Shown piece by piece: positions 51,657-64,000 of a DNA stretch of 64,000 nucleotides. The notes beneath the pieces are model-generated. The model was not told the DNA's origin, made no database searches, and worked only from the letters and a program-made list of their open reading frames with translations. The translations under genes were made by a program, and so were the position numbers. The DNA lies in contig JBHGNT010000008.1 in the NCBI GenBank assembly GCA_043228905.1, positions 2,666,001-2,730,000 on the forward strand. The letters are read 5' to 3'. Position 1 is the stretch's first letter, and every line of letters starts with the position of its first letter. The stretch comes from Azolla caroliniana. Taxonomy: Eukaryota; Plantae; Polypodiophyta.

Positions 51657-54600
51657 TCTTAATTTTTATTCGAGAGAATTCCCCTAACATAGTGTCATTC
51701 AATCCCTACTATCTCCCATGAGATCATTTTTGTTTTCGTAATGAATAAGCATAGCATAATATGCACAATTTTTGAAGAAGAATATGAAACTACATGGTGA
51801 ATGCAAATAGAACATAATCTTATATTGATCTAGATCCTCTAGACTAACTTGACTAATTAAACACCATCTATACGGAAGTTTTACTTTAACAAAACCATTT
51901 CTCTCTTACTTAAAAGCAAATGTTCAAAAGCGTGATGAAAGTCACTATTTAATGGATTATTTGCATATTGAACTCAAATGAAATATCAAGCCCACACACA
52001 TGTAAATAACAGTTCATAATTGTGACATAGCATGACGTAAGACAAAGTGGATGGTTATAAATTTGGATATATATTAAGTTGAGCTCACTAATTCATGTAG
52101 TTTATGTTTATGCTTCTTTTTTTAACATTCACATCATGCATGCGGTGCAAAGGCATGTACATGCACAAAATAGTCAAAGACCTTAATATTAACATAGATA
52201 TCTATGGTCATACAGCTATGAAAATGAACATTTTACATTGATGAATTAAGCATGATTAATGTTTCTAATGATGCTTAAAATAATTAGTGGACACAAGAAA
52301 AACTTTATATGTAGCTAGATTTTAGAAAAAGGTGGCTTGATATCTACGTTGAGATTGAAAAATGGAATTTCTACATAAGCCGGAAGGTTATTTACCACAA
52401 GGTAGTGATGCCTTGAATTAAATATACATAATGTAGGACATTTATACCTCATGGGATGCTTATAATTCGTCATGAGGCATCTTTTATCTCTCTATTTTTC
52501 AAGCAATTATAGCATTTTTATTGACCAAAGGAGTTTCTTTGACTATCTTGCACAATCGGCTTAGTAGGTGTTAAGTGATTTTACGAATGTAAAGCATGTT
52601 TTCATTGTGGGCTCCAAAGTGCAAGAGACGCATATTCATGAACACGTCATTCAAAACTTTGTGATTTTCTTCATGGCATGCACTATTGACATATGGTGAA
52701 TAAGTGAATTAAATAAGAAACTCCCAAAAGTGGAAATATAGGGCTACCAAAAGGGCATGCATGATAATGAAGTCCAAGCATGAAAAATGGACACGACAGT
52801 ACATACATGCTAAAGAACCATGTAAAATCATTGTCCCTAGTATCTATTGAAGTAGCATGTGAAACATTTCTCATCACCTCAAGGGGAAAACCATAAAAAG
52901 ATGTGAAAACGCACAAAGAATGGTTAACTATTGTCGTAAGGTTAGTGGTGAACCACACAATAGAGTGTGTGCAAGTAAAAGGTTACCCCTAGGTTGCCAA
53001 TGGCTTAGACTTCCTATGTAGATTTAGTAGCCAATTGAAATACCTAGAGGGTAAGCAACTCAAATCATCATTTGATTTGTCTATTTAATATAAGCAACTA
53101 GTCAAACTTTCAATGGGTGACTGTTCCAAGGATGAGTGAAAATTTGAAATCTTTAGAAAAGTTGAGAAAAGTGCAACGTCTTTGGATCCATTTTGTTTTC
53201 AATCTGTTCATTTTCGTCCATTTTGTTTTATATTTTCACATTAACAACCCATCAAGTCGCAATGTGGGCTTCAAGCTGTCTCAAAAATATGTAGTATCAA
53301 CATCATACATGTATAAAAAAAGGTTACTTATTTGATGTAGGCATATGCCAAAGGAATTCCAAATAGTCGATTAACTTCTAGTTAAGCTTACCCAAAGGCA
53401 ATACATAACTCTTTCTCTCTCTCTCTCTCTAGTTGAGTTTGGAATGATTTGGTACAATCCTCTATACTCTGAATTCACACCAATTGCAATTTACTAGCAA
53501 ACATGGACACCTTTCTTTAGTACTTTAAGGCGAGTTATAACCATTTTGTTTAGTTATAACTTATTATAGCAAAATTTCTTAATTGGTAATGGAACATACG
53601 AACAACCTCTAAATGTCTCACACATCATAAGTAGTGGATAGGTGAGTACTAACACATTAGGACAAAGTGCCGATCAATTTAGTGATGGGGAATGTGGAGC
53701 ATTCAAGATTAACATTGAAGGTTGTTAATCAAGGAACATCATTTGCCTTTTGCAAGATCATATAAGGCTTTAGACCATTGATAAACTCATCTTAGGCCAA
53801 CACTCATTCTATGTGCCTTTAAAACTAAACATTTATTCACTTGTATGTGTATTTCTATGACATACCACTCTACAATAGATTTGTGTTTTCTTCTCAACCG
53901 TTGGTAAACCTTTAGATTTGTGTTAACATGCTATTTTGGAGTTTGAACATGGACAAGGCATTGGAGCAAGGAACTTTGAAATATGGGCACATAGCACTTT
54001 AATGATCGACATATTAAGATTAATATCAAAGGTTGCCATTATGGGGGTGCACGCAATCAAATTATACCAATAAATTACATCGACCTCCATATATACGAAA
54101 TGTTTCTGAAGTCCTAAGATTTCTGAACTCAACTTCAAAAACTCGATCTCAATTGACAACGTGAAATCAAGCATGAGCATGTATTATAAAACCTTGACAA
54201 CATTTTTAAGCATTCGTTGAACATATTATGTTGTATGATCATAGTTTCTGTTGAATGAATAAATTTATCAATAATGTTAGAGGCAATATTGATGGTAATG
54301 AGCAAACCAATATGTTGAATAAAACCAAAACAAAAAAGAATCAATGCAAGTTCCTTTTGGTAGAAGTTTTTTGTATGTCCTTATCTATGCATCAACTTCA
54401 CTACTTGCTCAACAAATAAGGTGAAATTATCTCTCAAATATTAAATCAACACAATCTTTAAATTAGGAGAAGTTGATGTTAGCTTTTATCTTGGTTAATG
54501 TCTTGTTGGAAGCAAACAATCCACATGTAAATGGTCATTTTTCCTTCGAACTTGCAAACATCATAAATTTCTCTTTCGATTGAAAGTCCGTTGAATTGTG

Positions 54601-54799
54601 TAGGTGACTCATTTGTTTGAATGAAGAGGATGTCCATGTGCTAGGATTTACAATGCTATATTGTTTGCAAAGGGGCAACAACTATATTAAAGAGATGGAA
54701 ACATGGTCAATTATAAATATGGTAATGGAAGTTAATAACTTCTGAAATGGTACAAGACAAGAGGGCAAAATTCTCCGTGTGTGTGTGTGTGAGACACAC

Positions 54800-55720
54800 A
54801 CACACACACACACAAGAAAGGGGATGTGCCAATTTATTACAAAGTGAGGTTTCAGCAACATCAAGGCTGATATAGTGGGAAAGTAAAACACCTACTTAAC
54901 CTACAATTTAGTACAATGGCTAGATTGGGTTTGGTAACTGTGGAGGATGTTATGTGGGTGCCACGGCCCACAAACAAATGGCCTTCCAAACAACAATATC
55001 AACATTTCATATTCCAAGCGGTTATAACTTTAATTTTGGATAAGTTCCAAGTATCACTATCATAGCATTACCCAAATCCTAATTTAGATGGTGGGTCTCA
55101 AGTAATTGATTGGGAAAATGTTGGAAACATGAGATTGACTATGATATCAACAAATGATGTTTATTACAAGTTGATTGACAAATACAAGTGGATAAAAGAA
55201 AGGGTTGAAAAGGTATGGGGTTTTGGTAAGCCCATTACATGGTGTTTCATGTGATCACGTCAAGTTGGAGTTCTTGATTGATGCTACAGGCGAAGGTATT
55301 CATTTGGAGCTTTACCATTCGGGGATGCATTAATAAAAAGAAACATTGCTAGTGGAACATGCTTCTTTTGTTTGGTGGAATTGGAAAATGGTAGGCATCG
55401 ATTTTTGTCCTGCGTGATGGGTAGAATGCTTTGAACATGTATTAATTTATTGTGGATGTCTTTCATTAGAGTAAGAAAATCGTCATTCAAGTGGGGTTTT
55501 ACACATATGGAGAACAATGGAGTGATGCTTCATTTCCAAAAAAAAATTGAGTTCATGAGGTATTGGGAGCTATGGTTCAATTGGAATATGCAGAACTCCT
55601 TCACTTTTGATTTGTAAGTTGGGGAGAGGAAATATGTTGCAAAGATGTTTTCTATATGTACATTTCTCAAGTAATATACTAAGGTGTATCTTTCTTAAAT
55701 TTTTAAAAAAAGAAAAAAAA
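54800..55720 (+). mobile_element. Degraded LINE 3' remnant
   Basis: CFFCLVELENGRHRFLSC (CCHC zf-RVT-like) at ~55360-55412 and an A-rich tail at ~55705. Boundaries approximate. Confidence 0.55.
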
Positions 55721-56174
55721 GTTGCAAAGATAAAAGGACTTTTTATTTGATAATGTTAGAGAAGTCTCATAATCTCAACCATGAAGAGGGCTAACTGTGC
55801 AAGGTAGCATTCCATCATATTCATCATCTGAATTGATGTGTAGGGTAGGATTGAGTTCGACACTTACAGTTCTAAATTTTGTTGTTAGTCATGGTGGTTT
55901 TTTCCTTTTCTAATGAAAGAGATTATTTATGTGTGTGTGTGTGTGTGTGTGTGAGAGCATGTTTAAGTCTATTATCGTCTTTGGAGGATAAAAATAACAC
56001 ATGGGACCAAAGTGAAGCTTTTTAGATAGTGTATGTTAGAAACTTAGATTTGATAAACTACTCTAAATTATTGATTTGTTTACTAATGAGAACTTCAATT
56101 GGGAGTGCAAGTTGTGAACAAAAGTGGAACATGTGTAGTGATAGGTTATGGTAGGGAACATGGGTAGTTTATGC

Positions 56175-56224
<50 letters not shown>

Positions 56225-56339
56225 GAGTTCCTTTAGCAATATATGGTAAAATTGGAGTGACGAAGCGAAGATTAGCATGCTTGATGATTCAAAGAAATCC
56301 TTTGATGCTAAAATGCTGAAGTCCCACTAAATATTCATC

Positions 56340-57500
56340 TTTTCACGTAATGACGAGAGATCTCTTGGAGATTTGGTGTTCTCGTTTATGAAGCTCACAC
56401 TCAACTTTTCACAAACATAATCATCTCATAGGAAGAACCTTAAAGTGCAATATTTGGCATTTGCTATACTTTTTGGTATCCAATAACCAATGGCGGCATT
56501 AAGAGCCCCACTAGATTGCTCAAATATGAGTGGAGAAAAGGTTTCCTTAAAAGACAAATCTCGAAGTCAACCATATATGATTGATTGCATCCGTTTCTTA
56601 TATCTTCCACCATTGAGGACGTCCAAGACACTATAATACAATCTCCTATTGAAAAAGCTCACCTTTTAACAAAGTGGAGAGTCATGCACTCTTGTGTAAG
56701 GGTAATGCCAATGAAGATCGGTATATTTTATTCAAAGGATCTCGTTATTGAAACATATTTACTAGCTTTCCAAAAGAAGTAGTTGAAACGCCATTTTGTG
56801 TCTAATATTGTGACGGAGTTCCCACCCTCACTTGAATTCCCTCCTTTTAGCATCTAAAGGGTACACTCTTGTCTTCTAAATGTAGAACCATTGGTTTTCA
56901 TCTTTCTTTCTTTCATGGGAAGTGGCGTGAGAGAGCATACACATAAAAACAAGTTTACAAGGTTTTGATTTTGGACACCTCTTTTATGAATGCAAATATC
57001 TTATTTCCTTCAAAAAGTCGACAATGCATAGTAAAAGCTTTTGCCATGGAATCAACCTCCATCACATCACATTTTATAACAACCTTATGATGCTTCTACT
57101 ACCTCAATTTTGATAAATAAACAAAGATGTTGATCTAATAAAAAAATTATTCTTTGATAGTTGAGGGTTAGAACATATTTGGCAATAACAGGATTCACCA
57201 TAATCATTGATAAAACAATATGAGAGACATTTGGGGCCACGTTTCTATTGTTGTGGTTTCCTAGTTTCTTTCTCCTTGCACCTCTCTTCAATGATCGTTT
57301 TCTGCATTAATGACCACTCCTTACCAAAGCACATTGTCTCTAGCGTATTCTTTGTTTCTAGAGGGTAATCAATTGAGAAACTTTGCCTTTATCTGCTTGA
57401 GGAAGTTTGTGAGCTTAATGGTCACAATCAAGTTATTTGCTCAATAGTACACATGGCTTTCTTGATTTCTCAAATCTATCTAACCATACACAACATAATC
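56340..57500 (-). mobile_element. Possible degraded LINE endonuclease-region remnant
   Basis: NVAPN (like NxYAPN) at ~57230-57245 and KWRFN at ~56782-56797 on the minus strand, in the expected order. Very decayed. Confidence 0.4.
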
Positions 57501-58799
57501 TCCCCGTCACAATGCAGACTCTCAATTCAATGGCAAACGTGACTAGTGTTCATGAAAAAGGTGTCATCATTCACTAAAACAACGGTAAATTTATTGAACA
57601 CGTCGATTCTAGATATTTATAAAGGGAACAAACCTAGATATAGACATTTTATGTAAAGTTTTATTGAATTGTGCTACTTTTTAGATTTTCCTATTATTTC
57701 ATATGCATGAAAAGGGAACTCAATTGATTCGCAAAGAAACACTTTGAGCTATGTGCAACGTATAAGGTCTACACACATCATGTGAAAATCACATTGGTTG
57801 GTAACAAGAAACAAGAGAAAACACTTTACCTGATTCTATGTTTTCGAATGCATTACTAGAATTGCTCTCGATTTTAATTAGGGTTAATTACTTGTTAAAA
57901 AACCTATATTCTACGTTTAGTGTACATTTTAGAATATTTCACATACTCCATTTATTTAACAAGTAAATTCATATTTCCAAAAAGCTTTAAAATTTTAATT
58001 TAAAAAAACTTTAAACTTTAAATAGTATTTAATCTATTTTACACGTATTCTACATATTTTAAATATTCTACTTATTTAACCTATTTAATGTATTTTATTT
58101 GTAAAATAAATCTTCTAAGTATTTAAAAAAAAAGTTAGAATACTTACTGTAGGTATTCTACGCATATTGTATGCAAATTATTCTCAACAATGGTTAATCC
58201 ACACTTACCTAGGCATAATTAGCAATCCAATTAGTTTAATAAACTTAAGCTACAATGGATAGGATTAACAAATTAATCACATTATTAATAACAAAAATGG
58301 AAGGTTGGAACCCAAAATGAATCAACAACTTAATTATTGGGTAAGCTTGAATCGAAATTGCGGGGATGGTTGTAATTTCTATGATAGGAATCTTAAGGAA
58401 TCATAGATATGAGAAAGTGATCAATGCTTTTTGTTCTCTCTTTCTATTTGTGCATTGGTAGAAAATGTGGACGGCATGTTCCTTGGTTTTATCATAATGG
58501 GCCTACCATAATGGTAACCTATTTAGGCAATGAGCTCAAGGTCTCGGGTTCAAATCCTTACGTTCCTCTTTCTCAACCCTGCTCCTGCCCTCCCGTTCGC
58601 TCAAATTTACAAGCTCGTGAATAGAGTAACCATACAATTACCCATTGTTTTTAACCAATACTATGAAGAAAACCAAAAACTAGACATCAAACTATCCCAT
58701 ATCTATCTATATCCATCCATCCATCTAACAACATATCTCTCTCTAGAGACATAAACCCCTCTCTTAAATACTCCTAGTTAATCAAAATCAAATTCACCC

Positions 58800-60032
58800 A
58801 TGAGCAACATTAACAACATTGAGGACTCTAATGTTAACAACAATGATGACAAAGCCAACAACAATAAAACCTTGGGTTCGCCCCATGACCTTGAATTCCC
58901 GGTTGCTAGAAGACATCTTCATGCCCATCTACAGTCCAACACTTCATCCTCACCCTCTTTCTGTTCGCCCCCTCCACTCTCTCAAGCGAGACCCTTGATG
59001 TCCTCTCAACCCGAGAGGGACACGACAGTGATCCACACACATTCCTCGAACTTCCGTGACATTGTCCAACAACTCACGGGCCCATCTCGAGACAAACATG
59101 ACCTTCTTCTCCCTGTCACGCTACCATCCCGACTCACAATCAATACGAAAACCACATCACACAACAACAACAACAACAATGTCACCCACAATACCGAGCT
59201 TGCACCACAAGACACTAATGGTGACCTTCAAGATGCCCGAACTCCTCCCGGTAGTGGTGAAGGCATGATTCCATCCAATCGAGGTGTGAACGCGGTTATG
59301 ACAAGCCCAGGTCCGGCCGGCAATTCGGACCAACTGGGGCTCCGCAAGGCCCCCTTGAAGCTCCACGAGAGGAGGAAGTTTATGAGCAACATGAAGAACC
59401 TAACCACCACCACAAGTGTCTTGCAACAACTATATGTTGAGCAACAACAACAAAAAGAAGTCTCTACTTCTAGGGATACTACCCCTAAGTATATCATTAC
59501 CAAGCCTACTCTAAGTAGCCCTTACCATTACTATAACAACCCGAGCCCCGTCACTCCGTTAGCCTCCGATTTCGAGAGGTTTTGTACCGCGGCCAGTACC
59601 CCGACCTCGTCTTCGTCCGGCCGAGCCAACTCGGCTCTCAATCCACCCTCCATCAATAGCTTATCAAATACCTTTAATGAGACACATACTCATAGTGATT
59701 ATAGATGTAGCTTTAGTAATAATACCTTAGATTCTACCTCCCCAATCTCTTTGATGAGTAGCAATAACTATGCTAATAATATGAAGTTTCCACTACCAAA
59801 ATCTAGTGTGGATTATGGCCATGACAATGACTTACATATGAATGTGACCTTAAGATCAGGGCCACAATCTCCACATGAGAGCTTAGGGTTTTTCCTACAA
59901 AGACATATCCCTTCTCCTACTATTACTGATACTGGTATTGGTGCTACAACACATACAACAGATCAGAAGGCAAGCCCCACTTTGCTTAATCTATTTCCAG
60001 AGTCCCCTGAATTTAGCCCTAGACATGGATAG
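58800..60032 (+). CDS. Intronless VQ-motif protein (MVQ/VQ4-like, MAPK-target type), 410 aa
   Basis: FRDIVQQLTG (FxxxVQxLTG), KLHERRK, SPVTPL, GFFL and C-terminal LLNLFP. Many S/T-P sites. Confidence 0.93.
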   Translation: MSNINNIEDSNVNNNDDKANNNKTLGSPHDLEFPVARRHLHAHLQSNTSSSPSFCSPPPLSQARPLMSSQPERDTTVIHTHSSNFRDIVQQLTGPSRDKHDLLLPVTLPSRLTINTKTTSHNNNNNNVTHNTELAPQDTNGDLQDARTPPGSGEGMIPSNRGVNAVMTSPGPAGNSDQLGLRKAPLKLHERRKFMSNMKNLTTTTSVLQQLYVEQQQQKEVSTSRDTTPKYIITKPTLSSPYHYYNNPSPVTPLASDFERFCTAASTPTSSSSGRANSALNPPSINSLSNTFNETHTHSDYRCSFSNNTLDSTSPISLMSSNNYANNMKFPLPKSSVDYGHDNDLHMNVTLRSGPQSPHESLGFFLQRHIPSPTITDTGIGATTHTTDQKASPTLLNLFPESPEFSPRHG

Positions 60033-60069
60033 AATGCATTTTTCCATCATGCATGCATGCATACATACA

Positions 60070-60335
60070 ATATATGATCACCCATCATGTATATTGGATG
60101 GTGTCTACATGCATACCCCCGTCATACATACATACATACATACATACAATATGTGGTCACCCATCCATCATGTATGGATGGGTGCCTACACGTATACCAG
60201 TCGTTGTAGTCATTATCATCATACACAAGTACCATATGTGGTCACCCATCATGTATGGATGATTTCTACACGTTCACCTCATCATCATCATACAGAAATA
60301 CATAGAATATCTGGTCACCAATCATGTATGGATGG
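60070..60335 (+). repeat. Four degenerate ATATGTGGTCACCCATCATGTATGGATG units 3' of the VQ gene
   Basis: Copies near 60072, 60150, 60235 and 60308. Confidence 0.7.
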
Positions 60336-61192
60336 TACTTCCATTTACACACCATTATCATAGTATATTATGTTACTATTGAGGTATAGCTGATAAAAAA
60401 AAAGGTTGCACGAAGCAGATGTTATTACTCTCACGTCAATGCATGAATGAATTAATGCTGTCTTTATCTAATGCTATGAGATGCATATGCAAAATTTCCT
60501 TTGTTAAATACAATACCGCATATTTTAGGTGTATATATATATGTGTGGCAGAATTGAGACTTGAACCTCTGACCATTCCTTCATATTTACTTAGACTTGT
60601 GTAAGAACTCTCATATTGGCCTGACCAAAGGGCATTGCAAAGATGATAGCATCAACTTTTACTTCTAAAACTGAAAGTTGTCTCTACCCACTTATGAATA
60701 ATGATATAGACACATGTTACTGACAACTGTGAATAATGATGTAAGAGGCATAATTATGCCAGGCATGGTCTCATAGTACTAATAAAATCAGGCTGGTTTT
60801 CTTTATTAATGAGCATTGCATGCTTTAAGGCCAATCCAAACTCTAATTGTCTTGAAGAATCACTTGATAAAACTAGTGTTGGAACAAATAGGGAACCGTA
60901 GTCCAGAAATCTATTAACGCAATAGGAGCAATACTTGATATGTGCTTTGTGAGTAGCTTCTCATGTTCAAAGTGAACCTTGACTGAACATTTGCCTTGTT
61001 CTAAAGAGTAAGCTTATGTAGGGCACATATCAGTGGTAATTGATTCCAAATTCACTCAAACAACTGTGAAAAAAGAAGCTTTTCGTTGTTTGAAGGACAT
61101 TTTCCACTCCCTCTGATATGATAATGACTTGTTTTCAGCAATAGATAAATCAGACACGGAAAAATCACTTGTTAGGTAACTATATCACCAAG

Positions 61193-61522
61193 GTTAGTAA
61201 TCTACCTATGTATGAAATCTACCAAATTGCTATTAAAAACAAAAACAATAAGGATTCAAGTGTGGACATCAGCAACTAATTCCATTCACTCACACTGAGA
61301 CTTCTTTCATTGAATCTCACTCAATAGATATAATAAAATGTCCATAAAAAAACCCATGTTAGTAATCTACCTATGTATGAAAGCTACCAAATTGCTATTA
61401 AAAACAAAAACAATAAGGATTCAAGTGTGGACATCAGCAACTAATTCTATTCACTCACACTGAGACTTCTTTCATTGAACTCACTCAATAGATATAATAA
61501 AATGTCCATAAAAAAACCCATG
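61193..61522. repeat. ~165-bp near-perfect tandem duplication
   Basis: GTTAGTAATCTACCTATGTATG... at 61193 and 61358. Confidence 0.93.
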
Positions 61523-62090
61523 TGTACCACGAGAAGACAACAAAAGGCTCCAGCAAGAGGGTCTGTAGCAAAAATTGATTCAAATTAACTTGCCTTTTGA
61601 CAACTTTAGAAAAAAAACACTATGTAGATAAAGTTACATGCAACTAACAGACTTTGCATTAATCTGATTGGTGGAACATCATCGGTACATTTTGTAATAG
61701 TAACATAAAACCCCCATAGCGTGTAACAAATCTCCAGGTGGTAACAGTAAACCTCATCTCAATCAATGGGTTTAGCAAGCAATTAGGGCAATAGTAATTA
61801 AGCTAGCCATTGCAATCAATGTATCTAAATCAGAAGTCTTTAAGCCTCGCTCAAGATTTCGAGGAAATTCCTCTTTCAGGTGTTATTATGCACGTAAAAA
61901 TATCTGTAAGATAAATCATTATACTGTGTCAAAATTGATTGCATGGCAAAGCAAATCTGCTTCTTGAAGAAACAATACATATATATTTGTTGCAATGCAC
62001 CTACATGCCATATGATATGGCTTATCAGCATCCTTCGTATATATCTCTATAAGGGTAATCTAGGTAATCTGTCTCCTATATATAGTTACT

Positions 62091-63962
62091 TCATGGCTTA
62101 ATAGCAAAGAGGGGCTGCACAAACAGAAAAAACATATGAGAAAATAACTTGGAAAAAGCGAAATGTATAAACAAATTTCCCATCTAGCATCATATAGTTA
62201 AATCTTTTCCCGTTTATCATCAGATTGCCATCTATCTATCTATCTATCTAAAATTACCATCAAATGATATATATATATATACCGTGTCAATAGATACAGG
62301 TTTGCCATCTCCTGCTAAGATTTCGACAATTGTTCCTGTTTGATCAGACTGTAAAATGGGTAAAAATAACTTTAGTCAAACTACAATTTAGCAAATGAAA
62401 GAAGAAAGGACAAGCAAATCCATAAAAGCACCTCAATTTCGTTCATTAGCTTCATGGCTTCCACTATACAGATTACTTGTCCTTTGGTAACCCTGTCACC
62501 AACCTGTATTAAGTTTTAATAATAAATTGGTAAATTAGAAAACAAATTAAACACACGCAAAACCTAGAAAACTACTATATGTGAAGCTCTAACAAGTCAA
62601 AAGAGTTCCGAATAATAGAGGAAAAACAAACAAGCTAGGAATCTAAGACACAAGCATATCCTACAAAAACTCCACATTCTAAGACAACAATCTACTAACC
62701 TTTCTTTAGAACACAAAAGCAAAGAGTTTACTAGAAATAAGAGACATGAACAAAGAAAGAACTTTTAAAAAAACATGCAAATTTCTAAGATGATGCCGCA
62801 TTCAATTAAATGTACAAATAAGACTGAGTCTAATTGTCATAGAAACAGGTGTGATCTCCCGACCACTTTACTCATTTAGGGTTTAGGGTTTACTGAACTT
62901 GGACAACCATTAGAAATTTATAAATTCAAAATTACTATCAAATCATTTAAGAACAAATGCACATTCTATATGTGTGCACATACAAAGAGATCTGCCAAAT
63001 TCTACTAACCTTGACAAATGCAGGTTCACCAGGGCCAGGGCTCTTATAGAATGTACCAGCCATAGGTGACAAGATTCGGGGTAAGTTTGATGCAGTTGTA
63101 GAGACGCTCTCAGTTGTCTCGGTGGGTGTCACCTCTGTCACCACAGGAGAATCAACAGGTGCTGGATTAGGTGACGGTGATGGAGCCACACCATATGATG
63201 GATACATCATTGGTGCATGGATCATTTGAGGTTGCGCTGTATTTGCTTGTACCGGAGAAGTTTGTTCTAATGCCTCTTTCTTCCTTATAATAAGCTCATA
63301 ATGTTGATGCTTCAACTCCAGCTCTACGATGTCTCTGGAATCTACAAGCCTTCAAAGCACAAAGTATGTGAAATCAAGAAACATACATTTGAGTTTTCAA
63401 CTGATCACATATCAACAAAAGCAACAAAAATTACTTATCCATGCCAAAATATGTGCATAGCTTCAACTTATGAGTTAAAAAAATTGGAACGTGAAATGTT
63501 TAGCCAGTCAATGATGTCAACAAGGTAACAAATTGGAATTTCAAATATTGAAGAATCCGATACATGAACTAGAACAGCAAATACAGATTAATCACTGTCC
63601 AAGATTTCCTGCATGTATACAGCTTCCAGATGCAAAGAGTTGAACCTAACATTAGTTCTAGCCACTGAGTTTTGAATCCCAACAAAAGCAAAAAATACTG
63701 ACTAGCCCATGAGAAGCATATGCAGAGCTTCAATTTGCACATCTTTGACCCTAAAGTAAGACCCATAGTATACATGTTGTTATATTGTTATATATGCAAA
63801 GGAGACTACATACTTAACCAAATTTGCCACATCAGCCATAACAGAAGAGATAGTTTCTTCATTTTGTGTCGTAAGACTCTTCTCGGAAGTGATATCCTCC
63901 TCGGATTTTAAATCAAGCTGTTGTGTGGTTACTGCTGCATTTGCAGTACCATCAACAACAAT
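62091..63962 (-). CDS. BCCP: Biotin carboxyl carrier protein of plastid acetyl-CoA carboxylase, 5' exons outside the window. Exons 63962-63814, 63349-63010, 62503-62432, 62348-62283, 62114-62091
   Basis: LVDSRDIVELELK, SPMAGTFYKSPGPGEPAFVKVGD, biotinylation motif EAMKLMNEIE and terminal PLFAIKP*. GT-AG junctions. Confidence 0.95.
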
Positions 63963-64000
63963 CTGTGAAAGAGACAATTCACATCAATCATCTTACTTGG

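Noticed and set aside
53640-54640. Possible minus-strand LINE RT C-terminal remnant
   Set aside because: Only faint motif resemblance; too decayed to support as a feature.
62875-62891. TTTAGGG telomeric repeats
   Set aside because: Only about 2.5 units in an intron; a common telo-box or chance match.

Overview
Eukaryotic nuclear DNA from a land plant, most likely a non-seed plant such as a bryophyte (inferred from the retrotransposon types and gene structure, not proven). Bases 1-23 kb are a nest of LTR retrotransposons four levels deep. Three degenerate chromodomain-less Ty3/gypsy copies sit one inside another (A minus, B plus, C minus). They carry a full-length but internally deleted Ty1/copia, a solo LTR and a deleted LTR element. 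At the right edge of the nest is an intron-containing fragment of a prokaryote-like beta-class N4/N6 DNA methyltransferase (23058-23893), the most unusual object in the window. Host genes follow: TAPT1/POD1 (+, with a U12-type AT-AC intron), MED17 (-), an intronless VQ-motif gene (+) and the 3' part of the plastid acetyl-CoA carboxylase BCCP gene (-). Bases 43-57.5 kb are decayed LINEs and solo LTRs. The gypsy copies also share a candidate -1 frameshift signal (slippery site plus pseudoknot) between protease and RT, and have a (CT)n tract where a tRNA PBS is expected. All calls come from reading the sequence by eye; no searches were run.
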